A DNA stretch of 64,000 nucleotides, taken from Gracilinanus agilis. Its lineage: Eukaryota. Under the pieces are notes generated by a model. That model was not told the DNA's origin and did no database searches. It worked only from the letters and a program-made list of their open reading frames with translations. The stretch lies in assembly GCF_016433145.1 (NCBI RefSeq), contig NC_058136.1, forward strand, positions 59,665,716-59,729,715. Direction: 5' to 3'. A program made the position numbers and the translations under genes. Below, piece after piece: positions 37,000 to 51,900 of the stretch. Each line of letters begins with the position of its first letter. Within the stretch, counting starts at the first letter, position 1.

Positions 37000-39900
37000 G
37001 CTCTCTTATTACAAAAACAATTTAGCAAAAGCCAACACCAACCTAGTGACTGTGCCTGATGGCATATGGACCCATAGTCACCTTTGTGCTGGAAGGGAAG
37101 GAAGTGTTTAATTGTCAGCACCGTGGAATTAGGTATTCCTGGTAACCTGAATTCTGATCATGAAAACATCAATTGTTCTACCTTGGCTTTGTATCAGTCC
37201 ATACCAGTTTCCTCATGTTTCTCTGAATTCCTCTTATTTATCATTTCTGACACTGCAGTGACATTCATTACTTTTCACAGATCACAGTATATTTATCTAC
37301 CTCCCAATCAGTGGCCACTCACTTTTCCCTAAGTTCTTTGTTCTTTCTAAGAATATTCCTATAAATAGTTTGATATATACTAGACCTTTCTGCCATTGAT
37401 CTCCTTGGGGTATGTGGGATCTCTTCATTAAGGGGTTGGGTCTGGGTGTACTTTAATAATAACAATGATAGTAATAATAAAATAATGTTAATAGCTAGCA
37501 TTTATGTAATGCCTACTATGTGCCAGGCAGTGTGCTAAGGGCTCTTTACAAATTTTAGCCCAATATGCTTCACTCTCTGATATACTATTGAGCAACAGCA
37601 TCAAGCTTCATTTACATAGTATCTAGAGGTTTTGTAAAGTATTCTATGTTATCTTATTTGTTTCTTTCCCTGGAAGTGTTAGACCCATTACTTATGCTTT
37701 ACTTCGAATTCTTTCAATAAGATAAATATCCCTGTGGTAGAGCTGTGGGGGATGGGGTGGGGGGTGAATTGGGGAAGGCTCATTCTAGAGCATGGAGGAT
37801 AATCCTAGCACAGCATGTAAAAACTGGTACCAGGACGTTGGAAAAAGGTAAAGAAAACTTAAGTGTGAAACTGCCAAAGGCAATTTTCCCCCTACCCTGA
37901 GTAGGTTTGGAGTAGGTGTTGTCAGATAATGTTGTTAGAGTGCTCTGGGAAATCCTGTGGCCTCTTGGCCAATGACTACCTCCTTTGCAGGGGAGGGGGG
38001 AAGGGAGGAGCTATGCATATTCAGCCCCTTTGTGTCTTAGCATTGTGTTTCCTGTGCCTCTCCTGGGATCCTAAGTTGACCGTGGTTCTCTATAATAACT
38101 GGCCACAGATATTGTCATCCATCTCTTCTTTTCTAATAGGAGGAAAGTAGCCAGGCAAAGAGATCACCATCTTCACCTCAGGGAGCACCTAAAAAACGAT
38201 CAGCGTTTGGAGATCTCACCAATGTGAGTAGTCTGGTTTTGTGGTCAGTGTCTTCTTTCTTTCTTTTAAAAAAACCTGTGTATTGGTTCCAAGGCAGAAG
38301 AGCGGTAAGGGCTAGGCCAACGGTCGGCAACCTTTTTGGCCGTGAGAGCCATAAACGCCTGCGGAAGGAGGAGGATGGAAGGAGAGGATGGAGGGCGCTG
38401 GAATATGGGGTGGGGGTGGAGGGGTGGCTGAAGGGCCCCCTGGGGCACATCCTGGGGCTCTGCCCAGACTGGCCAGTGGGGAGGTGGAGCCAGACATGGC
38501 TCGAGAGCCATACATTGCTGACCCCTGGGCTAGGCAGTGGGGATTGACTGTCCCGGGTCACACTTCTAGGAAGAGTCCGAGATCAGATTTGAATCCAGGA
38601 CTTCCTTTCTCTGGGCCTGGTTCTCAGTCCACTGAGCCACCTAGCTGGTCAATGTCTTCTAACCAAGTGATGGTTGATTGACTCAGACGCCACAAAGCAG
38701 CTGGAATTCACTATCTTTGCAGTCCACCCTATTAGATAGGCCCTTCTCTTGACTACTGGACTTGAACTTTGTACCTAGGCCCTAAGGCTCCACTCCTGTT
38801 TTGAGCTCTGTTAATGGAGTCTTTGTATGTATATGGAGTCAAACTAGGCTAGTGGCTCTGGGTGACCTTTGCTTGGATTTAAGTTTACTGTGCTGTGGAG
38901 GAATGCTTTCCCTAGTGCGCTGACTTCTCGGGTAGAATAGGTAACTGCTGCCTGGATCTCCATCAACATGTCCCCCACTCAGGCCAGTTGATAGAAGTCT
39001 GTGGGTTCATCAGTTAGTGGAATTCCTGGACATCGAACAGCATGTCATCACGAGGCGAGGTTTGCCTGACCCATCTAAGGGCTCGTGAGTTAGGTAGAAC
39101 TACTAAGGTGATCCTGTAACATTTAACGTCTCCCTAGGGCAGGGGTTCTTAAGCTGTGGCTCCATGAAAATATTTGAAAGAAACACTCTGATAATTATAT
39201 TTTAGTAGAATTGAAATCCTTTGTAATCCTCTGAATTTTATGCATTTACAGTCTTTGCCAGACTATTGCCAAAGCAGCCTGTGACACAAACAAGGTGAAT
39301 TCGCCTTGCTTCCTTCAGGGAATGCTCAAAATATAGTTCTTAGGGTACTCGAGCACTCCATAGCTATTGTTGTGGGGGGCTGGAGATTAACCCTTGGTCC
39401 AGGGAGGGTGCCCTTTCTAGAATGACAGACTTGGGTGGAAACCTTTTAAAGACAGATTTATTTAGGTTGAATGGTTGGGAGGAAGCGAGCAGGACCAACT
39501 GCCTCTCTGAACAGAGAAAAGTTCAGGATTTTTATATCTTAAAGGGATGGGGTCTAAGTGACTTGGAAAGGAAAGACGGGGAGGGGGATGATCAATAGGA
39601 ACAAACAAGGAGGGGCAATCAAGGGAGAATAGGTAACAGAATATAGGTGTCTTTAGGTCTGGGGGTTTAAGCATAAGCATACATCCTTTATGACATCCTG
39701 TTCTTAAAGGTGGGGCTGGGGGCATGGGACAGGTATACATCCTTTATGACATCCTGATCATAAAGGTGGGTAAGTTATCCATCTTGAAAAACCTAGTAAT
39801 GTTTGAGGTCCTACGTGATGTTTGACATGTAGGGATCAAAAAGGCCTGGAGAAACCTAACGTGTTTGGGATGTTAACAAGAGGTATCTTCTCATGCTCAG

Positions 39901-42900
39901 ACCCTTATCTTAAGGTTAGTGCCAATACATCCAAAGCTTAGAGGTAGAGGATCCTATGTTTGTTCGACTACCAGCCCTGCAAAGTGAATTCTTCACGTAA
40001 TCTTTGACCCGAGGTCTCTCTAGGAATTTGGGGTGTGCCCACCACACTAGCACAGGAGTTCTTTCTAGACAGTCCTAGAAATCTCTGGTCCCTTTGTGAT
40101 ATCTGAACAGACATGTAGGGTAGGGGATTCTAAGGGCTCCCCAAACTTGGTAGCTAACCAGGCACCTTGACAGTTATTTGAATCAGACACGACAAAGATG
40201 TATTTTCCAGCTTGTGTTACTTGCACTTTCTTAATGAACCTCAAACTTTCCTGAGAGGAATGGTTTTCCGGGTAGAACTGCAGTGGTTCTGTTCACTTTC
40301 TTTTCCAGGCTCACCAGGCTCAGCCTACACAATTTAAGAAGGAGGTGGTCAAGGGGACTGCTAAGAAGGTACTTAGGAGCTCGGTGACTCATGATCTCTC
40401 CAAAAACAATGAGATAAACTCAAAAAAGTGAGTAAGAAAAGCCTTGCCATTTAGGGGATGACATCCTTCCTTCCTCTGAGAAGTGGGTTAGTAAGCCATG
40501 ATGGTGTCTGTCAGGTTAGCCTTAGGTGAAGCTCTAGCTGTGCCCCAGCTGATTCTGTTGGGTGGAGAAAGGACTTTGTAGACTTACTTCTTTGGAATTC
40601 ACTCACCTTTCTGGATAGTCTGTAGGGATTGTAGTCAATTTTAAATGTACAGAAAAAAAAATCAAAGGTTTACCACTCTTGCCCTCTGAAAAAGGTTGGA
40701 TTTTTGCCACTAGAAAGTAACTCTTCTGTCACTGGTTCTAATCATTCCCATTCATGGTTTATTTCTTGGTCTCTCCCTTTGCCAAAAATCCTGATGTATG
40801 AAGGGACTTAAAACTGTCCTGATGGCCACAGAACCCAATCAGATTAGTGATTTTTCTTCCTACCCACCACCCTTCCAGCCTATATTTAACTTGATCTCTG
40901 TTGCTTTATTCTTCTGACTTGGCCATTAACATTTCTCCTGAAGGGACCATATTGCTTTATATATCTTACACCCATAATTATTTCCTTGGCCTCTAGCACT
41001 TTGATCTGATCTCAATCTACTCTAGTCCATGTTTTCTACTGGGCAGTACAGGCCAAATTAGCTGTTCAGTTCCTCCAAATGGGTTGGTTGTCTAATAAAC
41101 TGATCTGACATTAGTCTCCTGTATAAGTATTTTACCTGGCATTTCAGCTCAGCAAATTGTTTGAGTGTCTACTATATGCAAAGTCCCTATTAGGGAGACT
41201 ATCTTTCTATCTGGCCTGGAAGGGCTTTCTCTTCATAGAGCAGCTCTAATCTCACAAAGGAAACAAGGTTCCTTAAATCTTTTTAGTATCTTCCTTCCTT
41301 TTCATTTACTATTTTTGTGTTGAGATTTCTAAACTTGGGCTCTCTTTGTTGCCAGCCCTAAATTCTGGCTTTGAAGATCATAATCAGAGAAGGCTTGACA
41401 TGTATCCCTTTTGGTCTGGATACCTATCATCCCCTTCCTTATCCCGTAGAACAAGAATTCTTACCTGGTCTAAGGCATTTGCTACTGCCTCTTACACCTT
41501 TCTCCCCACTCATTCCTTGGCCATAGATAATAATAAAATGTAGGGGAGAACAAAAATTACAAAAAAGTTAAAGGCCTCTGACACAGGCTGCTCATTCTGC
41601 TGCCTGGCCTATTTATTTAGCATGATGACTATTGATTGGTGACTTCTCCTAGTCAGGTTAAGAAACAGACTCTAAAATCCCCTTTCATGCTTTTCCGGAA
41701 TGAGACCAAGGCCAAGGCTCCTAGAACAGTTTGCCCTAGGTCTGGTTTCTCCCACAGATTTGGCTTCAAACCCCTTTCTGAGGAAGCCTCTGTCAGCTCT
41801 GAGCCCACTGTCAAGGAAAGGCTGATGTCTGTCCAGGAGAAGGAGCTCAAGCCTGTTCAGGAGGAGCCTATTCTGGTGAACGAAGAACCTAGTGTTGAAG
41901 GGGCCTCAGCTTCAGGAGAACCAGGACCAAGAGAGGTACTCTTCTTTCCCATTGTCCCCTTTTTTTCTTATTCCTTGACTAGTTGAAATGACCACTGGGG
42001 CATCTATGATATGTTTTCTAAAAGTGAGTTTTGCACTCTGGGAAATTTTCCTGTACTCAGCCACAGGATGATATTACTTGGGGTTGCTCCTGAATCTGTC
42101 CACAACCAGGTGGACCAAGTACTGATTTCTTTTGGGAGGGGCTACTGAAGATCTGGGTCCAATAGGCCATGTTATTTCGTTTTATGGTACAAATTTGCCT
42201 CCAAATCAGGTTGCCCTTAGGTCATTGATTATCATTATTTTTTTTAACCCTCACTTTCCATCTCAGAATCAATACTGTGTATTGGTTCTAAGGCAGAAGA
42301 ATGGTAAGGGCTAGGCAATGGGGGTCTAGTGATTTGCTCAGGGTCACACAGCTAGGAAGTGTCTGAGGTCAAATTTGAACCCAAGACTTCCTATTTCTGG
42401 GCCTGGCTCTCCATCCACTGAGCCACCCAGCTGCCCCCTAGGTCACTGATTATTGATAAGTATGTTCAATAAGAATTTAAGCCCATCCACTAAGTGATGT
42501 TAAGTAACTTAGGTTTGAGAGAAGAGAGTATGATTCTTTTCCCTAGGGGAATACTTAGCCTAATAAGATTTAAGCAACAATAGACAATCAATTAGCATAA
42601 GAGTCTAGGAGTATAGAGTAATATAGAGCCTATATTAGCCCTAGAACATTGGTGGAGGATGAAGGGGAAAGACTTAGAAGAGGTAGATCTTGAGCTATGA
42701 ATTTAGAGGGTTATGGTTTGGCAAGAAGGAGAAAGAGAAGTCAGTCATGTATGTAGGCCAGCCTCAGAGAAGACTCGGAAGGTGGAAGAAGACTTCAGTT
42801 GGGAGAGGGAAGAAGCTGGTTAGAAAATGCATTTGGATCCACCAAAAGGTAGAGACTAAACTCTAGCAAGCAACTTGGGGAGACAGATGGAGTTCCTAGG

Positions 42901-45900
42901 CCCAAAGTCCCCTGGCTAGAATGATCTAGCCATAAGGAGATTTGGCAGCACAAGAGAATCATTGTCCTGGTAGGCTTTCCCAGAAAGAGGTGCTTGTCTC
43001 CCGTGATACAGTAGGCATGCACAAGGAGGGAGTTCTTTCGGCAATTCAAATACTTAGACTTTGATGAAGTGTGCAGAGCAGTGGTTATTATGCAATATGG
43101 GAGTTCAGATTTGACCTTGCCTAGAGAGTTAGACTTTGAAGTACCTTAACAGAAGGAGCTGGGGGGAGGAAGAAAGAATCATCCTTAGTACATTTCTAAG
43201 TCTACCCTGAGAGCTGTCTCTTCCTGATGGAGCCTTCTGGTGACTCCAGCAGATGCCTGGGATGGAGGAGGATATTGAAAAAATTGAAGAGGATCCATAT
43301 GCCAATACAGAATATGCCAAGGAAATCTTCAAGTACATGAGAAAGAGAGAGGTATGTGGTATACAGGTGGCTCAAGAGCCTGGTGAGGTTATAGAATGTG
43401 AAATATTAGCTTTCTCTCTTTGTAAACGACTGTTTAAAAAACCCACTTCTTACTGTTTAAAACTACTTCTCTGAAAGCTTATTTAAGTCGAAGTCAGTGA
43501 AAATCTTGAGGACCCATAAAATCATTGTCTTTAGAACCAAGGAGGTAGAATGAGGAAGAGAAACTATCTGTATACCTTGAAGACCAAGTTCTAGGCCTCA
43601 CTGCTGGGATTGTAAGAAATCTATTCTTCTTTCTCTGCTGTGGACAAATGCCTCACATGTATGTAAAATAGTATCCTTTGATTTTAGCCTGATAACTAGG
43701 ATTTTTTTCCCTTCCTTTATTGTGTTCATGAATCTCCTCATTAACTGTGTAATTCCTTTATGTGATCATAATCTACTGATCACTCTACCTCTGCCTTGCA
43801 ACCCATAACTGTTCTCCATCTTCATTGTGACCTCCAATCCCTTGACTCCAAAGTCCTTTCTCAGGCTATCACTCCTGCCTTGGCTGTGCTCTGTTCCCCA
43901 GTCCTTCCCCAAATTGACCCCTTGGTGAACCAGTTCAGCCCTGCACCATCCTCTTCTCTTGAGGTTCTTGCTTCCTCACTCTGTCACTAGTGAGTCTTGT
44001 CCTGCCATACCTCAGCTCTGAAACATTCCCACTACTCGGAGCCTTTTCTCCTATTTGCATGCTGCTGAACAAAGCCCAAGAGAATTGTGAAACAGTGCTG
44101 GTGGGGTCCACCATGAATTTGTTTCATTATCTCAGCTAGGCCCTCCCTGTGGCAAGGGGAATCCTTTTATCCCATTCACCAGAGCTGTTTTTCTGAACCT
44201 CTTCATTCTTCCTCTAAACTCCCATGGCTCCCTCTCCTCTCATCTACTCAGCTGAGAATCTTGCCTCATACTTTACTGACAAAATTAAGGCTGTTGGTTG
44301 AGAGCTTCCTCCTCAGCTTCCATCTTCCCCCAATCTCTGCTTCTTCATCCTTGTCTCACATGAAGAAGTGACCCTTCTTCTTGCCAAGGAGATTCTCTCT
44401 ACATGCACAAGTGATCTGATTCTATCTCATCTTCTGAAGATTTCCGCTTCTATCATCTCCGCTCTCCTAATCTCCAATCTTTCTCTGCCTCCTGAACACC
44501 CTCAAAAAATTCACTCCATCCCTCCATTCCTACTGGCTGTCAATCACGGATTGTCAACCCTTTTGTCATTAAAGTCCTTCAACTGATGCCTCTACTTCCT
44601 TTCCTAAACACTCTTTTTACTCGCTGTAGCCTGGCTTCCTCATCATTCAACTGAAATGTCATTCTCCAGAGTTACCAGTGTTCTCTTCATTTTAAATATA
44701 ACGATAATGATAATGATCTCTATTCTCATCTCAGCCTCTCTGCAACCTTTGACACTATCAATCACCATCGCCTTCTTAATACTCTCTTCTCTTTAGAGTT
44801 AAATGATGCTCTTCTCTCCTGGTTCTCCTCCTACCTGTTTTGCCACTCCTCAGGCTCCTTTTTAAAAAGAAGATTTTCAAATGATTCATTAATTCATCTG
44901 AAATAACAGTTTTTTTAAAACCCATTATATGTTAACATGAATAATATTCCGTGAGGAAAAAAATGACTATTTCCAAAAGAAAAAAAATTAACAGGAAGAG
45001 TAGCATTGTTTTTCATTTCTACAAATCTGTCTAATGTCTGGATTAATAAAAGAGAGCTGGATTCTCACCTCTACTTTTGCGTTTGATCTGTTCCAATATG
45101 TTTTAGTTGGAGTATATGTAGAAAATTCCTTTGCTGGATCTTCATGCAGGTTGTATCCACTAACTGTGGGTATTCCCAAGGCCCTATTCTGGACCTTCTT
45201 CTCTTTTCCCTGTATACTATTTCATTTGGTGGTCTCATCAGCTCTTATCATGGTACAATGGATAGAGTGCTGGGCCTGCAGGCAAGAAGACCTGAGTTCA
45301 GATTTAGCCTCTTTACTAGCTCTGCGACTCTTGGCAAGTCACCTAACTTTTGTTTGCTTCCATTTTATCATCTGTAAAATGGGTATAACAACAGCACCTA
45401 CTTCCCAGGGTTGTTGTGAAGATCAAATAAGCTAAAAATTATAAAGTGCTTAACCCAGTGCCTGGTACATAGTAAGTACTATATAAATATTAGCTATTAT
45501 TATTGTTATCATCTGTACAGATGATTCACTGATGTATTTATCTAGCCCTTACTTCCTCTCCTGATCTCTAGTCTTACCAGCAACCTATTTGACATCTGGA
45601 ACTGGATGTTCCCTAGACATCTTAAATTCAGAATGTCCACAGCTGAACTCATTATCTTTCCCCTAAAACCCTCTTCTCTTCCCAACTTCCCTCTTTCTAT
45701 TAAGAGCACCATCATCCTCTCAGTCAGGCACACTGGAAACCTAGGTATCTTCCTTGATTCCTCACTATCCCCTGCCCAATATCCAGTCAATTGCCAAGTC
45801 TTTTGGTTCTATCTTTGTAACATAAAATCTCTTCCCACTCTAGTCCATCTTCCACTTAGCTGTCGAATAGATTTTCTTTTAGGACTGGGCAAGCCACTTC

Positions 45901-48900
45901 ATGTCTCTGTTCAAAAATGCAGAATCAAATAGAAAATCCTCTGTTTGGCCCCTTCTAGTCTTGCCAGTCTTCTCTTGCCATGTGCTCCCTTTCACATACT
46001 TTGTGACCTAGTCACACTGGCCTTCTAGATGGGCCTCCTCCAACTTGGAGCATTTTCTCTGCTTGTCTCACATGCTGAGATTTTTCTCCTTCTTCATCTT
46101 TGCCTCCTGGCTTCCTTCAACTCACAGCTGAAGTCCCACCTTCTGCAGGAAGCCTCCTCTTCTCCTTCTTGACCTTGGTGTCTTTCCTCTAAGAGCATCT
46201 CTAGTATCCCGTCTGATCTTGCTTTTTGTACACGGTTGTTTGCATGTTGTCTTCTCCATTAGAAGGTGGACTCTTCGAGAGCACTGACCATGTTTGTGCC
46301 TTTCTTCTTATCCCCATTCTTGGCATGGGAACTAGCACAAAGTATGTTCCTGAACATGTCAACTAACATTTATTATCAGCTCTGAGTTTTCTTTTTGTCT
46401 CTCCCACTGGAACAGATGGATCTTGGCTATGCCTCCAACTGTAGTTTTGGCAAAGAGGAGAGAATGATCTCTCAATCTTCTCTTTTCAGAAATAACTGAG
46501 GATAGCCCAGAGCCAAAGAGGCTGGTATGTGGAAGTTTCCATTGTTGGTCTACTTCAACCTAGCCTACACTGGCACAGTTGGGCAGGGGCTTGGGGCCTT
46601 GGGCTTCTTTGGTTTCACGGGTCCTTTAGTGGAGATATCTTGCCTTGGAAATTATATTTTCATAAAGTGTCATCCCCTGCTCTCCTACCATTTGATATTC
46701 TATACATACCATGTTCTAAATATAAAAGTGTCCCTTTCCCATGAAGACCTGGGCCAAAGATCCAAGGACCCTTTCAGGTCACCTGGATCCAGGAAGGAAG
46801 AGGGAGGAGGTGGTAGCTATGTGATGTGTCTGCTCTTTGGTCATGAAAGATCTATTCACCTTTGTTCTTCTTAATCATCAGGAGACCTTCCCAGTCTCAA
46901 ACTACATGGTCAAGCAGCATGATATCAGCAAGGATATGAGAGCCATCCTGGTGGACTGGATGGTGGAGGTGCAGGTGAGTCTGGCAGCTTCTGGCAGGGA
47001 TACTTGTGGTAAGATGAAGTTTCAAAGAGAGCAGCCACATGGAGAGTTGTTCCTCTGTGTCCATCTTAGGAGGAACAGGTGAGTAGCAGGACTGGCCCAT
47101 TCCTGTTATATCTATATTCTCTCCTATACCCTATAAAACCTATCCTCAGCAGCTTCCTTTAAAGGGTCCCTTCTTCACAAAAATGTCAGATTGGAGATTT
47201 ATGGGATGACTCCAAGAAGATTTACAGTTCAGTAGGAAAGGACGTTTGGGGGCCTGGGTCTTTCTCAAGCTCCTGAAATCTATCTCTTCCACTCAGTGAG
47301 CTTTGTGTAGGGAAGGTAGCATGGTGGTTTGATAGATTTAAAGAATAACCCATTATTTCAGTGAAAGTTTCTGCTTTCTCATAAATTCTCATTTGATCTT
47401 AGACAATTCTGAAGTAGAGAACATAGTAGTTATCGCCATTATGGATTACAAAATTAAGACTTAAAGACTGACTTGCCCAAGGTCATACAGAAAAAGACAG
47501 AACTGAGATTACCTGGGTCTTTTGATAACCACAGTGATATATGCTTCCTTGACTCTGTAAAATGTCTTCTTCAGATTATTCCTCTAGTGCTATCTTTCTC
47601 TGTTGCCTCATTGTGGCACAAAGATGACCCTGAGTTCTTAAGTCTATGGCAGATCTTCTCAAGCTGGGCCCATTGACAGACCATCCAGTTTCCCAAGAAC
47701 TAGCCTAAATTCAGAGAGGCTTATTACTAGATTGGTTGTAGGATAACAGGTTTTTGGCCATAGCAATTCTTTTGTGGTGTAGAGAACAAGTTCTACCTTT
47801 GGGGGACTTAAAATCTAATTAGAGATAAGTAAGGAACAGAAAAATTAAATAACAAGGCGACCTGAAATTGTGGAATTGGGGTGGGTATGTGTGTGGAGTC
47901 CTTGTGGCCTGGGGTGATTGGACAAGCTTTATTGAAGAGGCAAGACTGAAGGAGAAAGAACAGCCTCAATAGAAGTGTAATAATGTGGCCTGCCGGAATC
48001 CTGGCTGTAAACTTTGGTCATGGTCACGTTTCCATCCATGATGTAATTGCCTGGTCCAACCACAGAAGCTGGCAAGCTTCAGGGCGAAGGAATGGAAGTT
48101 GGACTGGGTCCCTGCAGGGAGCCTCCTGGGGAAAGGGCTGCCTGTTTCTGCTCATTTTCTCAGGTTTTGTCTCAATGCTTTTCTATTAAAGAACTGTAGG
48201 TCTGCCTTATTTCTAACTTGTAGCCCTGCCCTCTGGGTCTTCTCGGTCATATACCTCGAGTGTGTGTATGCCAACTGATAGCATAACCCTAAAGCCACTG
48301 GAAGCCAAGAGAAACGTTTTTTGGCTTTGATATGGGACGTTCTTTCTCTTTTCTCAGGAGAACTTTGAGTTGACCCACGAGACTCTGTATTTGGCAGTGA
48401 AGTTGGTGGATCACTACTTAATGCATGTGGTGTGCATGAGGGACAAGTTACAACTGATTGGATCCACTGCTATCCTGATTGCATCTAAATTTGAGGTGAG
48501 TCCCTGGGTCTGACCCTAGAACTTTGTGAGAAGCAATCATCTATCTGAACAGGAGGAGGGAGGCCTGAATGCCTTCTCTAACCCCACCAAACTTCGTATC
48601 CGCCTTGCCCAGGCAGAGAGCCTAATGCTGAACTGCTCTAACAGAGTAGAACACAATTGGGATTTTAGCCATTTCCTGGGCATCCCCAACATCCTCCCTT
48701 TAAAGCTCCCTTCTAGGGGGTGTTGTGGGGGTGGGGGCTTTGTATGAACAATAGGATGTTGTAGTAGCCAATGCAGGCTAGCTGCCATCTCATGTCTGTT
48801 CCCACATAGGACATCAGGGAGCTTTACTAGGATCAGGGGAAATACTCAAGACTTTTCTCTCTTTGCCTCTTGTTAACAGGGATTTGAAATAATATAGCAT

Positions 48901-51900
48901 ATTCCATTCCCTGCCAGGGATAGCTTTTCTTTTCCTTTAGTCCCTTCTTGACAACCAAAGGTCCCTTTTCCTGCTCCCTTGTGAGTTTTCTTCAGCTAGG
49001 CATAAGAAGTTAGAAATGATGCCTTATTCTAAGGCCCTCAAAAGCTAGTTGTTTCTAATGAGTCTTACAGGTCAATCAGTGGTTTTCAGAGCTGGCTGTG
49101 AAGACTCATACCAAAAATTATGGATTTCTTCTATCCTAGCCCCTTTCTCATTTCTTTCGAGTGCCCTAACCTAAGGGAATAGGTGCTTTCTTATTCCCAT
49201 ATAAGTCTTTTATCTTTGTCTTTAGGAACGTTGCCCACCCTGCATAGATGACTTCCTATATATTTGTGATGATGCTTATCAGCGAGAAGAGCTTCTTTCT
49301 ATGGAAATCAGTATCCTCCACACCCTCAACTTTGACATTAACATTCCTATTGCCTATCGGTTCCTGCGCAGATTTGCCAAGGTGAGAGGAACTCATCATA
49401 AGTCACATAGGGCCACTCTCTACCCTAGCTGGCTCTTCCAGCATGGAATGAAGGGCGATTCTAAGGTTAGGGGCAGATTCCCTAAGCCAGGACATGACAA
49501 CATTTAAGGAGGGCATCAGAGGGTGGGAGAGCTAGCTTTGATGCAGTGGATAGAGCACTGCACTGGGAACCAGGAAGACCCGAGTTCAAATCTAGCTTCA
49601 GGCACCTTATATGGCCCTGCTCAAGTCGCTTAAAATCTCTTATCTGCCTTAGTTTTCTCATCTGTTGTATGGAGATAATAATATCTATCTCACAGGGTTT
49701 CTCTAAAGATAAAATGAAATATTTCTAAAGCATATTGCAAGCCTTAAAAGTGCTACATAAATGCTAGCTATTATTCAGAAAGTTGTAAGAGTAAGAGGAG
49801 GCTGGTGAGAAGGGTGTGAGGTAGGAGCGTCTCTTGAGCAGTTTTGTCGAGGGTCATTGCTAATCTACAAAAGTCCTATACATTATGGACTACAGGGTAT
49901 CTTTGGGATGCCAAGGGCCAGTTCTAGGTTCTTGGGGCAAAGAGAAACCACAAGAAGGAAAGATTCTTCTGTTGGAATTGACTCAAGGGGACAGAGTCTC
50001 AGAGATGTCAGAGCTCTTGAAAACACTCTAGTCCAACCCTTATGAGCATGAATAGCCCTCTACAGTAGCCCTGCCCATTGGCTTTCCAACTGCTATTTGT
50101 AGACCTTTAGGGAGGGGGAACATTCCCCACTCCTGAGGCAGCTTAATCCACTTTGGGATATCTTGAATTGCTAGGAAACAGCTATTTATTATATTAGCTC
50201 TTTATTGAGCTAAAATCTTCCTCTCTGCAGTTTCTCTCTCTTGCTCTTAGTACTGCCCAACAATATGGATCCCTAGATCCCTCTTCCACGTGACAACCCT
50301 TCAGTTCTTAAGAACTCCAGTAATATATTAGTTTACCCTCTCAGCACCCCAGTTTAACCTTCTGCAGGCTAAACATCCTCAGTGTCATTAATCAATCTTC
50401 CTATGGCATGATTTTGAGTCACCTGTTCGCCCCTTTATTTTGGCTATACGCTCCCGCTAAATTTCCTGAAGTGTGATGCTTTTTTCAGGTTGCTGACTCT
50501 CTTTTTGGCCCCACCTCTAGTGTGCTCATGTCAGCATGGAGACCCTGACCTTAGCCAGGTTCATCTGTGAGCTGACCCTGCAGGACTATGACTATGTCCA
50601 AGAGAGTGCCTCGAAGCTGGCTGCTAGTTGTTTCTTCTTGGCCCTCAAGATGAGGAATCTTGGAAAATGGGTAAGCTTTTGGATGGGGGCACAGGGTGAG
50701 ATACCTTTCTGGGTCAGGCAGGAAATAGCAAAACACTAGAGGAAATGACATTTTGCAATATTTAGAGTCAAAGAATCCAACAAACCTTTCCAAGATAGGA
50801 GGCCGATGAAGTGGGAAACGACTCGGAAGAGTTTTAAAAGTGGTCTGTACTCATGCCCTTCCCTACAGGGGAGGCCTCTGGGGCCTACAGTAAGGGGTCT
50901 TGAATGGAGGACAGGCAGGATCCCTCAGAATCAGTGTCAGGTGTGGCTCAGGAAAGGTCACATTCACAATGACTGTATTTATTGCTTACTCTAGACTCCC
51001 ACCTTAGAACGTTACAGTGGATACCAGAGCTCAGATCTCTTCTCCCTGGTCAAAAGACTCAACTTCCTCCTGACTTACCAACGTCATGACAAACTCAAGG
51101 CTGTGCGTACCAAGTACTCTCACAAGTAAGAGGCTGGGCTCTCTGCTGAAAAGGATTGGCTTATGGCTTTGGGAACCCCACATGGTAACTTTTCTTGCTC
51201 ATATGAGGTGTACCAATAGCTTCTGGCTTCTAGACATTATTCCTTTTGAACCTTCTTTTCTGATTACTTATTAGTGGGATAGACAATGAAGGGACCTCAG
51301 GGTTATTATAGTCATAGTTACTACCCTCAAAGCCTGGCATATGGAGTTAAGTGACTCCTTAAAAAAGGAATATAGTAAAAGCCTTCCTTGATTGAGGTCT
51401 GCCCAGAAGGCAAGGCCCCTCCTTGGGAATTCTTTATTCTTTTTGTTAAACCCTCACCTTCTGTTTTAGAATCGATATTGAAATACATAGAAATAACAAT
51501 AGAGCATAGATACTAGTAATCTGTGGTTTTCTTTTTTTTTAAACCTTACCCTCTGTCATAGACGCAATACTAGGGATTGGTTCCGAGGGAGTATAATGGT
51601 AAGGGCTAGGCAATTGGGGTTAACTTGCCCAGGGACACATAGCTAGGATGTGTCTAAGGTTAGATTTGAACCCGGGACCTCCCATCTCCGGGCTTGACTC
51701 CAAATCCACTGTGCCACCCAGCTGCTTTCCCTTTAAAGGAAAATTTTCAACATTAATAATCATTGAATCCTCCAACCTAAACAAATGCAGCGAATTTTTG
51801 ATGAAATATTCTCTACCCTTAGTTCCTCACCTCTTTATGGAGAGGAAGGAGAGATATGTCTTTTTTTTCTGGGATCAAGACAGGTCATTTTAATTAATCT

